Of a stretch of DNA of 32,000 nt, positions 1 to 10,227 are shown in pieces. The translations under genes and the position numbers were made by a program. Source of the DNA: Aliivibrio fischeri ES114 (GTDB lineage: Bacteria; Pseudomonadota; Gammaproteobacteria; Enterobacterales; Vibrionaceae); NCBI RefSeq assembly GCF_000011805.1, contig NC_006840.2; one strand, 5' to 3'. The notes under the pieces are model-generated. The model was given only the letters and a program-made list of their open reading frames with translations, did no database searches and was not told where the DNA came from. Each line of letters starts with the position of its first letter. Positions within the stretch are counted from its first letter, which is position 1.

Positions 1-336
1 ACGTTCAAATAATGGTGCATCATCGGCTACTTTACGCATTTTCGCATTAGGTGCTTTAAGAGTAAGCTGAGAACCCATCTTGTCAGTAACATAATCAATG
101 TCAGCATCTTCAAGGAATGGCAGGCTTAACTCATCAACGTATGCTGATAATTTTTCAAACTTCAGCTCAGTATCATTCGCTTCTACTGCTTCTGGTGGAC
201 AGTAAGATACGCCACACTCTGCGTTTTGAGTACCTGGATTAACCACGAATACACGGATGTTTGTCCCTTCTGGCTGCTGTGCTAGAAGTTTTGCAAAATG
301 CTCTTGGGCACTTTCAGTAATATTGATTGAAGACAC
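1..336 (-). CDS. nfuA: Fe/S biogenesis protein NfuA, N-terminal part (truncated by window edge)
   Basis: The reverse complement from 336 reads (GTG)[52 protein letters not shown]..., matching the NfuA A-type-like N-terminal domain. GTG start at 334-336 with an AGG-like RBS upstream. Absent from the ORF track. Confidence 0.93.
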   Translation of the reverse strand, partial: MSSINITESAQEHFAKLLAQQPEGTNIRVFVVNPGTQNAECGVSYCPPEAVEANDTELKFEKLSAYVDELSLPFLEDADIDYVTDKMGSQLTLKAPNAKMRKVADDAPLFER

Positions 337-454
337 AAGTAATACCTGACTAATTTAGTATGATTAAGGATTGTACTCTGAAAAAAAATAATTTTCGAGT
401 AGCGTAGTCAAATTATAGCAATCTTAATAATCAATTTATCAAGATTTGGTCTAA

Positions 455-1273
455 TTATTTACATGTAAGAATGTTATTCCACGGTAAATTTTCGTCACCG
501 AGAACAATAAAATTCGGGTTTTCTAATGACTCTCGTTCATTATAAGAAAGCGGTTCAAGCTCTGTCGATAAGATGCGACCTCCCGCTTCTTGAACAATAC
601 ACTGGGTTGCAGCCGTATCCCATTCGCCAGTTGGTCCTAATCGTAAATAACAATCCACAGCACCTTCTGCGACCAAACAGGCTTTAAGTGCAGCTGACCC
701 TAATGGAACCAAATCGTAATTCCAATCAGAACTCATACAACGTGTTATGTTATTGATATCTTGGCGTCGACTGATCGCTATCGCAATTGGCTGTTTTTCA
801 TCTTCATGCTTTAACGTGCTAATACGAACACTTTCATCCATATCAGGAATTTTCCACGCACCTTTCCCTTCATAGGCGTAGTACGTCACACCAGAAACTG
901 GGCCATATACAACCCCCATTACTGGACGGTTATTTTCAACTAAAGCAATAATCGTAGCAAAATCACCACTGCGAGCGATGAACTCTTGCGTACCATCAAG
1001 AGGGTCAACCAACCCATAACGCTCCCATTGAGCACGTTGCTCTAAAGATATCCCTGCATCTTCTTCAGAAAGAATAGGAATATCTGGTGTTAGTTGAGAA
1101 AGTTTTTCGATAATTAATTTATGAGCGGCGAGATCAGCACTGGTCACCGGAGTTTCATCTGACTTAATGAACTCTTCGAAATCTCCTTTCTCGTATATAT
1201 CGAGAATGAGTTGACCCGATGCACGTGCAATATTGATCACCTCAGGGATAAGGTGAGAAAGTGTAGAATCCAT
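455..1273 (-). CDS. cysQ: 3'(2'),5'-bisphosphate nucleotidase CysQ
   Basis: ORF with inositol-monophosphatase family motifs (EEDAG, DPLDGTQEF, GEWDTAATQCIVQEAGG). ATG at 1271-1273, directly after the TTG start used by the ORF track. Confidence 0.93.
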   Translation of the reverse strand: MDSTLSHLIPEVINIARASGQLILDIYEKGDFEEFIKSDETPVTSADLAAHKLIIEKLSQLTPDIPILSEEDAGISLEQRAQWERYGLVDPLDGTQEFIARSGDFATIIALVENNRPVMGVVYGPVSGVTYYAYEGKGAWKIPDMDESVRISTLKHEDEKQPIAIAISRRQDINNITRCMSSDWNYDLVPLGSAALKACLVAEGAVDCYLRLGPTGEWDTAATQCIVQEAGGRILSTELEPLSYNERESLENPNFIVLGDENLPWNNILTCK

Positions 1274-1278
1274 CAATA

Positions 1279-1830
1279 TTACTCCTTAGCTAAAAATTGT
1301 TGAGCAAGTAATAGTGCGGTAATGCATCTTGCCTCTGAAAAATCGAGATGATGTAATAACTCTGATGCCTGAGCTAAAGGCCAACGAACCACATCTAAAG
1401 GTTCAGGCTCATCACCTTCTAATCGCTCTGGATATAAATCTTGAGCCAGAATTAATGTCATTTTGCTTGAGAAATAGGAAGGCGCTAATACGATTTCTTT
1501 TAATGGCGTCAGTGTTTTTGCACCAAAACCAATTTCTTCTTTTAGTTCTCGATTTGCCGCTTCTAACGGGGTCTCTCCTAGATCAATCAATCCTTTTGGA
1601 AAACCAAGCTCGTAACTTTCGGTTCCAACAGCATATTCACGAACCAAAAGTAAATCGCCCTGCTCTGTTACAGGAACCATCATGACAGCATGACGACCGC
1701 TTGGTTTCATTCGTTCGTAGGTACGTTCTACACCATTAGAAAAGCGCAAATCAACCGATTCAATGCAGAATAGGTTGGATTTGGCTTCAACGCGTGTATC
1801 CAAAATCGTTGGCAACTGTTTTTTAGCCAT
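1279..1830 (-). CDS. nudE: ADP compounds hydrolase NudE (Nudix hydrolase)
   Basis: Nudix box GLIDLGETPLEAANRELKEEIGFGA; adjacent to cysQ as in related genomes. Confidence 0.93.
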   Translation of the reverse strand: MAKKQLPTILDTRVEAKSNLFCIESVDLRFSNGVERTYERMKPSGRHAVMMVPVTEQGDLLLVREYAVGTESYELGFPKGLIDLGETPLEAANRELKEEIGFGAKTLTPLKEIVLAPSYFSSKMTLILAQDLYPERLEGDEPEPLDVVRWPLAQASELLHHLDFSEARCITALLLAQQFLAKE

Positions 1831-1840
1831 CGTTTTTCCT

Positions 1841-2602
1841 TTATAGACGTCCTGAGTATGTCACTCTATATTGCCCTTTTGAATCAGGCTTGCCTACCCA
1901 TTTCAACTGACTTCTTAAACTTGAAGGGAAATTAGCTTCAGGTTTAAACCAACCACTTACTTGATAAGAGCGATTTGGATTAAGGGTAACATCAAATTGG
2001 CTCGCAACATCTTTTGATGATTGCTTACTAACAAGACTGATTTTATTGTCACTACAAATCACATCAGCAATGACGGTTTCAGGGTCAATATTACCTAATG
2101 GTGAAACGACTTTACCACCAGACCAAACGACTTCACCAGTTGCTTGTTTACACCAAGGTTGACCCTGTTGATAAGATTTCACGCTGATCTCTGCTTGGCC
2201 TTGTAATGAGATAGGAACCGCCATAGGCAAATGTTTCATTGCATTTGCAATCGGAAAAGAAAGCACCAAGTTCTCAGCATAAGCCCCCATTGAAACACTA
2301 TAACCAACCGTGCCTTTTCCACGTAAATCTAATTCACTACCACGACCAAAACGCACCGCAAAAACAGCATGACCTTTAAAAATGGCAAGTGGATCAATTT
2401 CCCATTGAACTTGGCCATAGTTCATTCGTTGAAAGGATAATGAATCAACTTGTCCTTTCCATGGTGTCCCTGAAAGCCCAGTTAACTCTAATCCTCTTAC
2501 TTTAGGCGCTTGATCCACAACCCACTGAATTGGGATGTGCAATAATGCACTAAAGGTAAAAAAAGTAGAAAATACGGTCGCGATTAATAACTTAAACTTC
2601 AT
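1841..2602 (-). CDS. gspN: Type II secretion system protein N
   Basis: Single N-terminal TM segment and GspN-like sequence (VRGLELTGLSGTPWKGQVDSL); last gene of the gsp operon, overlapping the gspM end by 4 nt. Confidence 0.92.
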   Translation of the reverse strand: MKFKLLIATVFSTFFTFSALLHIPIQWVVDQAPKVRGLELTGLSGTPWKGQVDSLSFQRMNYGQVQWEIDPLAIFKGHAVFAVRFGRGSELDLRGKGTVGYSVSMGAYAENLVLSFPIANAMKHLPMAVPISLQGQAEISVKSYQQGQPWCKQATGEVVWSGGKVVSPLGNIDPETVIADVICSDNKISLVSKQSSKDVASQFDVTLNPNRSYQVSGWFKPEANFPSSLRSQLKWVGKPDSKGQYRVTYSGRL

Positions 2603-3090
2603 GATGCCTCTCGAGTTAATTGAAGACGGTTCACTTCAACCACACCTTCCACATCAGTTTTATTTAAATCTAAAAATTGAACATTAATGCCCTGAGAATC
2701 ACGCAAAAATGCTAGCCAATTAACCAAAGAATTAAAAGGTAATGGTTTTACCCACACTTGCATTTGTTCACCACGAGGCTGCATACGAATTAACTCAATT
2801 TTAAATTGACGAGTACTACTTGGTATCACCTGGTTCATTGGACGAATTGCTGATTGTGAGCTAGAAGATGCCCCACCTCTTAATGTAATGATCGTATCGG
2901 CTTTTTTCTGAACCCACGCTAATAAGTTACGTTCATTATTAATTCGATTTTGAGCAAGTTCTGCACGGTCATTTAATGGTTTTATTCCGCCCCAGTAAAT
3001 AACCGCGATCAACAGTGCCACACCACCGCCAGCAACCAATATACGTTCACGTGGAGAGATACTTTGCCACCATGCCATAAATGCTTTCAT
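2599..3090 (-). CDS. gspM: Type II secretion system protein M
   Basis: Small bitopic protein (WWQSISPRERILVAGGGVALLIAVIYWG), operon position between gspL and gspN. Confidence 0.93.
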   Translation of the reverse strand: MKAFMAWWQSISPRERILVAGGGVALLIAVIYWGGIKPLNDRAELAQNRINNERNLLAWVQKKADTIITLRGGASSSSQSAIRPMNQVIPSSTRQFKIELIRMQPRGEQMQVWVKPLPFNSLVNWLAFLRDSQGINVQFLDLNKTDVEGVVEVNRLQLTREAS

Positions 3091-4343
3091 TATTGTCTCC
3101 TAATGATAATGGCACCAAAGACTTGGCCGTCATTCTTATTCAATTGACCTTGCTCTACTTCAAATTTAGTTCCTAGCTCTGAAGTCAACTTCTCAAAATA
3201 TGGGAAATCAGAAGCACTGGCTTGAAGTCGAATTTCATTACGCTTGCCATCAAATTTTAGGCTTTGTAATTTAACTTGAGGAACCTTTGATAAATAAGGT
3301 GATATCTCTGCCATCCAAGCTAACAAATCATGTCCGCCTGCACCACCTTGTAAACGAGCTTCTTCATTTTTCATTTGAGACTTTAAATAGCTCGCCGTTG
3401 GTATTTTTCGCTTATTAGGGAAAATATCTCGAAAGATACGCTCGCTTTCCGCATGCAAAGCCAAACTGTGTTGCTCTAATTTTTGTACTTCAGAAACATG
3501 CTGTGCAACAAAAGCAACCATCACAAGACCAAGAGACAGAATCACTTTTTGCCATACTCGCCAATGCTTTCTCCATGAAGATTGCGGACGATATGGACCA
3601 TTTAGCACGTTTACTTTTGAAGACAACAATCCTTCAGCTAATAATTGCATCACAAGTTCAGGTGATTCAAGGTTAACCTTAGCCCCTGCGATTTCCATTT
3701 CACATTCAGAATAGCTATGAAGAATAAAAGGCATTGGTGATGATTCAGCGTCTTCATCACTTTCTGAATCTTCATATTTGGTTTCAGCACGCTCAACGAT
3801 ACCCGTCAATAACATGGATACCCACTGAGGCTCAGCTACCGCACCTTGGTATTCATGATGACGAATAAGCCATTGTTGACCCAATTGAACCATACTCGCA
3901 CCATCATCATGAAATGGTAAAGCCAATACGTCAGGCATGAATCGTTTGGTTTGGATCCCTGCATCGCTCAGCTGTTCTAACCACATGGTCATCTTGCTGT
4001 GTTCAATAATCGCCACTTGAGCTACTTTGCTGTCTTTTTTCAAAATAACCATATGAAGATCATCAACATCTTGTGCTAAATCATCTTCAATAATAAACGG
4101 TAGCATAGATGAAAACTGACGAGCAGCACCTTCAGGTATCACCACTTCGCGCAATAACACATCACTGCTTGGCAGCAACACTGATACCATGCGTTGTTCA
4201 CTGTATGACGACAACGAAGGTAATGCTTCAGATGAATCTAATTCACCCGAAGCGATCACTTCTTTATTTTCTGGAGACCAGACTATCCATTGAATGGGAT
4301 CTGATGGCTGACTATTCAACCGTATTATCAGATGTTCGCTCAC
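3090..4343 (-). CDS. gspL: Type II secretion system protein L
   Basis: GspL-type cytoplasmic domain (MSEHLIIRLNSQPSDPIQWIVW) plus a TM segment and periplasmic domain; operon position. Confidence 0.94.
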   Translation of the reverse strand: MSEHLIIRLNSQPSDPIQWIVWSPENKEVIASGELDSSEALPSLSSYSEQRMVSVLLPSSDVLLREVVIPEGAARQFSSMLPFIIEDDLAQDVDDLHMVILKKDSKVAQVAIIEHSKMTMWLEQLSDAGIQTKRFMPDVLALPFHDDGASMVQLGQQWLIRHHEYQGAVAEPQWVSMLLTGIVERAETKYEDSESDEDAESSPMPFILHSYSECEMEIAGAKVNLESPELVMQLLAEGLLSSKVNVLNGPYRPQSSWRKHWRVWQKVILSLGLVMVAFVAQHVSEVQKLEQHSLALHAESERIFRDIFPNKRKIPTASYLKSQMKNEEARLQGGAGGHDLLAWMAEISPYLSKVPQVKLQSLKFDGKRNEIRLQASASDFPYFEKLTSELGTKFEVEQGQLNKNDGQVFGAIIIRRQ

Positions 4344-5346
4344 TCATTCCTCCATATTGGCGACGGATAACGTTCACCACTTTCTTATCACTGCTATGTA
4401 ATAAAGAACGCACACGTACGCGCGAATCTTCTACTAATACTTGAGCATCTAACTCAAAAAACTGACTATCTACGGATAAATAATCTTTTGCTTGTTTACG
4501 AACTTTTTCTTCAACTCGACTAATTGGTCCTTCAGCAAGAAAATCATCCACCGAATCCCATCCATCAAAAGGTCGATCTTCTAATACACTTCTTGCGTCA
4601 CCTTCACTTAAATTTGGAGAAAAAAGCGCAACTAATATCTTGGCATTTTCCGGCGCTAAGGTGTTTACATTTAAGTACCAATTGCCACTAGGTATCGCAC
4701 AAATCAGGGGAGATACTTTTTCAACAACTTCTGCTGTAACACCATTAACAGCACGTAACTCACTGACATCACCCATCCAACTATTTGGTGCTAAATACGC
4801 TGGTTTAAACGATTGATAAGTGTTGTCTTCAACACCAGTCATTGAGCGTACAACATCATCAGGGTCGAGGTATTCCCACGTTGAGTCAGCAATGGTTTCA
4901 GCAAGGTAATTATCCACCTCCACTGACTCTAATAAATTCATCCATACTCCCACTAAAAAAGGGCGTTTAGATGAATCATTACTGGCTTCAATACTGCTTA
5001 GTGCATTTAAGTTAAAGCAAGCTTGTTTGTCTTTTACACCACCATAAGCTTCACCATAATCAAGTGGATAAGTGGTTTCCTCAGTTGCCCATGCTTGGCT
5101 TAAATTAATGTTTTTTCCATCTTTGTAAGCTTCTTCTATTCCGGTTTTTGCTAAGGCTTCAACACCAATAGAATACCAATACGCTTGTTGGTGATTTAAC
5201 TGATTCTGAGCACGATGAAACTGAAGAAATAAGCGTTCTGACATCTGGGCAGCAATGGTGGTCATAATGGCTAAAAGCAGCAGTACCACAATCAATGCAA
5301 CGCCTTTATTCTTTTTAAAATGGGAAATCACGCCTACCTTTCTCAT
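4312..5346 (-). CDS. gspK: Type II secretion system minor pseudopilin GspK
   Basis: KKNKGVALIVVLLLLAIMTTIAAQM prepilin-like N-terminus, GspK length and operon position. Confidence 0.95.
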   Translation of the reverse strand: MRKVGVISHFKKNKGVALIVVLLLLAIMTTIAAQMSERLFLQFHRAQNQLNHQQAYWYSIGVEALAKTGIEEAYKDGKNINLSQAWATEETTYPLDYGEAYGGVKDKQACFNLNALSSIEASNDSSKRPFLVGVWMNLLESVEVDNYLAETIADSTWEYLDPDDVVRSMTGVEDNTYQSFKPAYLAPNSWMGDVSELRAVNGVTAEVVEKVSPLICAIPSGNWYLNVNTLAPENAKILVALFSPNLSEGDARSVLEDRPFDGWDSVDDFLAEGPISRVEEKVRKQAKDYLSVDSQFFELDAQVLVEDSRVRVRSLLHSSDKKVVNVIRRQYGGMSERTSDNTVE

Positions 5347-6026
5347 TAGCCACGATCCTCTTTTGAATCATCACTATTTTGATTAGCATTATTATCCAGT
5401 TTAAATCCTGGAGTAAGGTAAACACGCTCAACGTCACCATAATCTTTAAACGTGAGTATCATTTTAATGGCATTGGGTAATTGATTTTTCATTTCCCATT
5501 TTTTTAGCCATTTTTTACCATCATAAAATTCAAATTTTAGCTCTTCAATGCCATCAATAAGCGGAGTAATTACCGCTTCCTGACCAACAGGCGTATCTGG
5601 ATATCGCCACCATAATCGCTCTAATTTATTTTCAATAACTCGATAACCAACTTTAGTAATTTCACCACGAGGAAAGGCTTGTTGTGGGTTTTTCCAACCA
5701 AGACGCACAAACAAAATGGCTTGGAATTCAGAATCAAGGAAATACTCTCCCGATTTCAACAAGGCTTCCGAGGCTTTTTCACCACCCGTTCGAAATTGGC
5801 GAGCAACAATTTGTCGAAAATCATTATCGAGAAAAACCAAACTACGTTGCAGCTGTTTAATTCGCTCACTTTTTTCTAATGATTGTTCATTACTGCGTTG
5901 TACTTGGTTTACTACTTGATACGCAGCAAAGCTCAAGGTCGCAAATACAGCAATAGCAACCATCACTTCAATGAGTGTGAAGCCTCTTGCTTTTGAAAAA
6001 GGTTGAGAAAAACTACGGCGCAACAT
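5346..6026 (-). CDS. gspJ: Type II secretion system minor pseudopilin GspJ
   Basis: Prepilin peptidase motif ARGFTLIEVMVAIAVFATLS; operon position. Confidence 0.95.
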   Translation of the reverse strand: MLRRSFSQPFSKARGFTLIEVMVAIAVFATLSFAAYQVVNQVQRSNEQSLEKSERIKQLQRSLVFLDNDFRQIVARQFRTGGEKASEALLKSGEYFLDSEFQAILFVRLGWKNPQQAFPRGEITKVGYRVIENKLERLWWRYPDTPVGQEAVITPLIDGIEELKFEFYDGKKWLKKWEMKNQLPNAIKMILTFKDYGDVERVYLTPGFKLDNNANQNSDDSKEDRG

Positions 6027-6390
6027 ACGTTCTTACCGTAATTAAAGGGGATTCTTGATCTTTAGTGGTCGACACAGATACATCCACAGATTTTAAAATA
6101 TCAGACGTTGTTTTTACTGGAGCAATCGTCCAATACCATGTTTGTCCTGCCAGTTCTGTCTCTCCCTTCTTCTTCGTTGTCGGTGGTTTATCTAACATCA
6201 TTAATGCCATTTGATTATCCACCACTATGCTTGCAAACGTCTTTTCTTCTAAATAACTTAATGTATTTATATGTTGAGTCACCGAGCGCAACACACTTAG
6301 GGCTGCAGTTGCGAAAATAGCAAGCGCAACTAAGACTTCAAGTAATGTCATGCCTTTAGAAGAAGTTCGCTGATATGTCTTATTCCTCAT
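6013..6390 (-). CDS. gspI: Type II secretion system minor pseudopilin GspI
   Basis: SSKGMTLLEVLVALAIFATAALSVLRS. The likely start is ATG at 6388-6390 (MRNKTYQRTS); the ORF track extends to an in-frame start at 6411. Confidence 0.93.
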   Translation of the reverse strand: MRNKTYQRTSSKGMTLLEVLVALAIFATAALSVLRSVTQHINTLSYLEEKTFASIVVDNQMALMMLDKPPTTKKKGETELAGQTWYWTIAPVKTTSDILKSVDVSVSTTKDQESPLITVRTYVAP

Positions 6391-6979
6391 CACGTTCCTC
6401 CCCCGGAGCAAATAATTTAATCACTCCGGATTCTTCAACGCGAATAAGCCATGATTTATCATCAAGGTTTCCACGAGCACCTTGCGGAGATAAACGAAAC
6501 GAAAAAGGAGTCACTTCACCACTTGAAAGCACCATGACTTGAGGAGGTGTTGGCTTTTTACCTTTTTCGACATCCGCAAACATCTCTTCATCAAATAAAG
6601 AGCCCGGCTCAAAGAGTCGCTCATCATCTGCCCAAGCTGAACCACCAAGCGTCATATCAAACTCTAGCGACTCTTCCAATTTCACTTCTGTAAAAAAGCG
6701 GCTTTTCTCAATTGGCTGCCAACCATCTACCATTAATTGCATAAAGCGGTATTCTTGTCGCTCTTGATTAAAGTAAATGCCGTAATCCATCCCATTGAGC
6801 AAAGCATCCTCATTAAGGAGTTGAACAAGTTGATAAAAACGTGAGGCTTCTTCCTCCAGCTGGTCATCCTGATTATCAGGAAGGCTCATGATAACGGCCA
6901 TCGCACTGAGCGATAACAGTACCAATACCAACATTATTTCGATCAGGGTAAACCCAACCTCACGTTTTATTTTCATCAC
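6380..6979 (-). CDS. gspH: Type II secretion system minor pseudopilin GspH
   Basis: REVGFTLIEIMLVLVLLSLSAMAVIM prepilin motif; operon position. Confidence 0.94.
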   Translation of the reverse strand: MMKIKREVGFTLIEIMLVLVLLSLSAMAVIMSLPDNQDDQLEEEASRFYQLVQLLNEDALLNGMDYGIYFNQERQEYRFMQLMVDGWQPIEKSRFFTEVKLEESLEFDMTLGGSAWADDERLFEPGSLFDEEMFADVEKGKKPTPPQVMVLSSGEVTPFSFRLSPQGARGNLDDKSWLIRVEESGVIKLFAPGEERDEE

Positions 6980-6998
6980 TGTTCTTATTTATGAAGAC

Positions 6999-7451
6999 TT
7001 ATTGAAAGTCTTGCATGTTCCAGTTACCAATATCCGCATTCGCACCTTCACCGCCTTCTTGACCATCAGCACCTAGTGTGAAGATATCGATAGTACCGTT
7101 ATCACCTGGGCTTAGGTATTGATACTCATTACCCCATGGATCATTTGGTAAACGACGAATGTAACCGTCTGCACGGTAATTACGAGGCTCTGGAGTTGCT
7201 GTTGGTTTTGAAACTAGTGCTTCTAAACCTTGGTCTGTTGTTGGGTATACACTGTTATCTAGCTTGTACATATCCAGTGAGTTTTCTAGTGCAACAATAT
7301 CGGTGATCGCTTTTTGCTGATCGGCTTTCTCTTTATTACCAAGTAGGTTCGGAACCACTAAGCTCGCTAACACACCAAGAATTACAATCACGACCATTAC
7401 TTCTAAAAGCGTAAAGCCGCCTTGTTTACGTTGAGCTGAATTGACTTGCAT
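6999..7451 (-). CDS. gspG: Type II secretion system major pseudopilin GspG
   Basis: KQGGFTLLEVMVVIVILGVLASLVVPNLLGNKEKAD...YPTTDQGLEALV, highly conserved GspG signature. Confidence 0.98.
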   Translation of the reverse strand: MQVNSAQRKQGGFTLLEVMVVIVILGVLASLVVPNLLGNKEKADQQKAITDIVALENSLDMYKLDNSVYPTTDQGLEALVSKPTATPEPRNYRADGYIRRLPNDPWGNEYQYLSPGDNGTIDIFTLGADGQEGGEGANADIGNWNMQDFQ

Positions 7452-7512
7452 GGAATAACTCCTAACGTTAAAAATTCATATAAGATAAAAGAAAGGTAGA
7501 TAGCAGCGAATG

Positions 7513-8727
7513 CTATCCAACCAAATTATTTAATTCGATTATTGGCATCAATGTCGCAACAACAATGAAGAGAACAATGCCCGCCATAAAGACAATCAAT
7601 AGTGGTTCAAAAATCCCTAATGCCATATTGACTAAAGATTCAAAATCTCGGTCCTGATTATCCGCAGAACGCGTTAGCATTTGCTCTAATTCACCACTTT
7701 GTTCACCACTGGCAATCATGTGCAACATCATTGGGGGGAACAATTTCGTTTGCTCAAGAGAAACACGTAAACTTGCGCCCTCTCGAACGTTATCTGCAGC
7801 TTCTAATACTTGTTGTTTAAAGTAGGTATTACTCATTACATCTGCAGCGACTTTCATACCATCAAGCAAAGGAATCGCACTTGATGTACAAATGGATAAT
7901 GTACGAGCAAAACGAGAGGTATTTAACCCTCGAACCACCTTACCAATAACAGGAAGCTGTAAGATTTTTTTATCCCATGCTAAGCGTAAATGCGGTTTCG
8001 TAAGTAACCACTTCACACCAGCAATAAAAACAATCACAACCACAACAACCAATAATCCCCAATGAACAACAAAGTTACTGGCTGCCAATAAGACTTCAGT
8101 AACCGTAGGAAGTCCTTGTCCCATTTGCACAAACTGATCAACTATCTTTGGTACTACTGTTGCTAATAAAAATGAAATTACAGCAATAGCAATCAGAGTT
8201 AGCATGATCGGGTAAATCATCGCTTGTTGTAATTTACTGCGCATCTTCTGGCGGTTTTCAGCGTAATCCGCTAAGCGATTTAATACCGTATCTAGATGAC
8301 CAGATTTTTCACCCGCTGCCACCATTGAACAAAACAGATCATCAAATACATGAGGATAATCAGCAAAACTCTCAGCAAGAGGATAACCTTCAATAACTCG
8401 TGAACGTACTCCCATCATCATGCTACGGATATGCGCTTTTTCACCCTGCTCTGCCACCGCTTTTAAACTCTCTTCAAGTGGCATTCCAGCTTGAACCAAG
8501 GTGGCTAATTGACGCGTGATCAACGATAAATCATTAACACTGATCCCACGTTTAAAACTTAACCCTTGCGAAGCACTTTTTTGCTGCTTAGATTTAGTTT
8601 CAATGACTTCAACAGGGATGAGGCCTTGCTCTTTTAATCGTTGACGAACTTGGCGGGCATTATCTCCCTCCATGACGCCTTTTTTCTGTTTTCCTTTTTC
8701 TAACGCTTTATATTCAAACGCCGCCAT
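7513..8727 (-). CDS. gspF: Type II secretion system inner membrane protein GspF
   Basis: T2SF domain protein (MAAFEYKALEKGKQKKGVMEGDNARQVRQRL...), three TM segments. Confidence 0.97.
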   Translation of the reverse strand: MAAFEYKALEKGKQKKGVMEGDNARQVRQRLKEQGLIPVEVIETKSKQQKSASQGLSFKRGISVNDLSLITRQLATLVQAGMPLEESLKAVAEQGEKAHIRSMMMGVRSRVIEGYPLAESFADYPHVFDDLFCSMVAAGEKSGHLDTVLNRLADYAENRQKMRSKLQQAMIYPIMLTLIAIAVISFLLATVVPKIVDQFVQMGQGLPTVTEVLLAASNFVVHWGLLVVVVVIVFIAGVKWLLTKPHLRLAWDKKILQLPVIGKVVRGLNTSRFARTLSICTSSAIPLLDGMKVAADVMSNTYFKQQVLEAADNVREGASLRVSLEQTKLFPPMMLHMIASGEQSGELEQMLTRSADNQDRDFESLVNMALGIFEPLLIVFMAGIVLFIVVATLMPIIELNNLVG

Positions 8728-10227
8728 CTAACCTTCCCGAGTGACTCGCATCACCTCTTCTAATGTGGTTATTCCTTTTTGTACTTTTAATAAGCCGTCT
8801 TGTTGAATACTGCGAGTCGACTTTCTTACTTCTTTTTCTATCGCTTGTTCACCCACTTCTTTGTGAATCAACTCTTGTACTTTTTCATTAACCACTAAAA
8901 GTTCATGAATACCGGTACGACCACGATAACCTTTACCATTACAGTGTTCACAACCCACTGGTTTATAAAGTGTGAGCTCATCTCTTGCAGAAAGAGAAAA
9001 CAATTTCTTCTGCTCTTCATCCGCTTGATACGCCTCTTTACATTCACCACACAGAGTTCGAACTAGACGCTGTGCAAGTACACCAAGTAATGAAGATGAA
9101 ATTAAGAAAGGTTCAATACCCATATCACGAAGACGTGTAATCGCACCCACCGCGGTATTGGTGTGCAATGTTGACATAACTAAGTGACCGGTTAATGATG
9201 CTTGAACTGCAATTTCTGCGGTTTCTAAGTCACGGATCTCACCTATCATCACCACATCAGGGTCTTGACGAAGAATGGCACGTAAACCACGAGCAAACGT
9301 CATGTCTACTTTTGGATTTACTTGTGTTTGACCAATGCCATCGATATCAAATTCGATCGGATCTTCAACGGTTAAAATATTGGATTGAGAGCTATCTAAT
9401 TCACCTAAGCCCGCATACAAGGTAGTTGATTTACCAGAACCGGTTGGGCCAGTAACCAAGATAATACCGTGTGGGCGTTTAATAATATGCTGAAAGTTTT
9501 TATGGTTTTCAGGCGACATGCCCAAACTGTTTAAGTCCAGTCGCGTCGCATTCTTATCCAATAAACGCATTACCACACGCTCCCCATGCGATGACGGCAT
9601 GGTTGATACACGCACATCAACAGCACGACCACCAATACGCAATGAAATACGACCATCTTGCGGGACTCGTTTTTCAGCAATGTCCAATTTCGACATCACT
9701 TTTACACGAGATACCAATAATGGCGCTAACTTACGACTTGGGCTTAATACATCACGCAACACACCATCGACACGGAAACGAATCGACAATACTTTTTCAA
9801 ACGTTTCAATATGAATGTCCGACGCACCTTCTTTAATCGCTTCACCTAACATGGCGTTGATTAATTTAATGATTGGCGCATCATCTTCTGATTCTAGTAA
9901 ATCATCATTATTTGGTAACTCTTCTGCCAATGAGAAGAAATCGTCACTATCAGCACCGATATCTTCCATTAACTGTTGAGCTTCTGATGAGTTACGTTGA
10001 TATACCTGAGTTAACTTGGTATCAAACTCATCTTTAGTTAATTGAATTAATGAAAAACCAGATTGACATACACGGCGAATCTCACACAGCACCATAGAAG
10101 AAGGGGCTGATACATAGTACAGCACCCATCCATTAGTACTTAATTCGATAACTACCGAATGCCTTTTTGCAAATGAAAAAGGTAAACGAAGTACAGCATT
10201 AGATTCAGGAAATAATGTATCCGCCAT
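8728..10227 (-). CDS. gspE: Type II secretion system ATPase GspE
   Basis: Walker [13 protein letters not shown], Asp box, Walker B VGEIRD, and a CxxC...CxxC zinc region (CGECKEAY...CEHCNGKG). Confidence 0.98.
   Translation of the reverse strand: MADTLFPESNAVLRLPFSFAKRHSVVIELSTNGWVLYYVSAPSSMVLCEIRRVCQSGFSLIQLTKDEFDTKLTQVYQRNSSEAQQLMEDIGADSDDFFSLAEELPNNDDLLESEDDAPIIKLINAMLGEAIKEGASDIHIETFEKVLSIRFRVDGVLRDVLSPSRKLAPLLVSRVKVMSKLDIAEKRVPQDGRISLRIGGRAVDVRVSTMPSSHGERVVMRLLDKNATRLDLNSLGMSPENHKNFQHIIKRPHGIILVTGPTGSGKSTTLYAGLGELDSSQSNILTVEDPIEFDIDGIGQTQVNPKVDMTFARGLRAILRQDPDVVMIGEIRDLETAEIAVQASLTGHLVMSTLHTNTAVGAITRLRDMGIEPFLISSSLLGVLAQRLVRTLCGECKEAYQADEEQKKLFSLSARDELTLYKPVGCEHCNGKGYRGRTGIHELLVVNEKVQELIHKEVGEQAIEKEVRKSTRSIQQDGLLKVQKGITTLEEVMRVTREG

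Noticed and set aside
1329-1685. 118-aa plus-strand ORF opposite nudE
   Set aside because: Fully antisense to the nudE coding region including the Nudix box; no independent support.
9195-9836. Plus-strand ORFs inside gspE (76, 98, 81 aa)
   Set aside because: Antisense to conserved GspE motifs; compositionally implausible translations.
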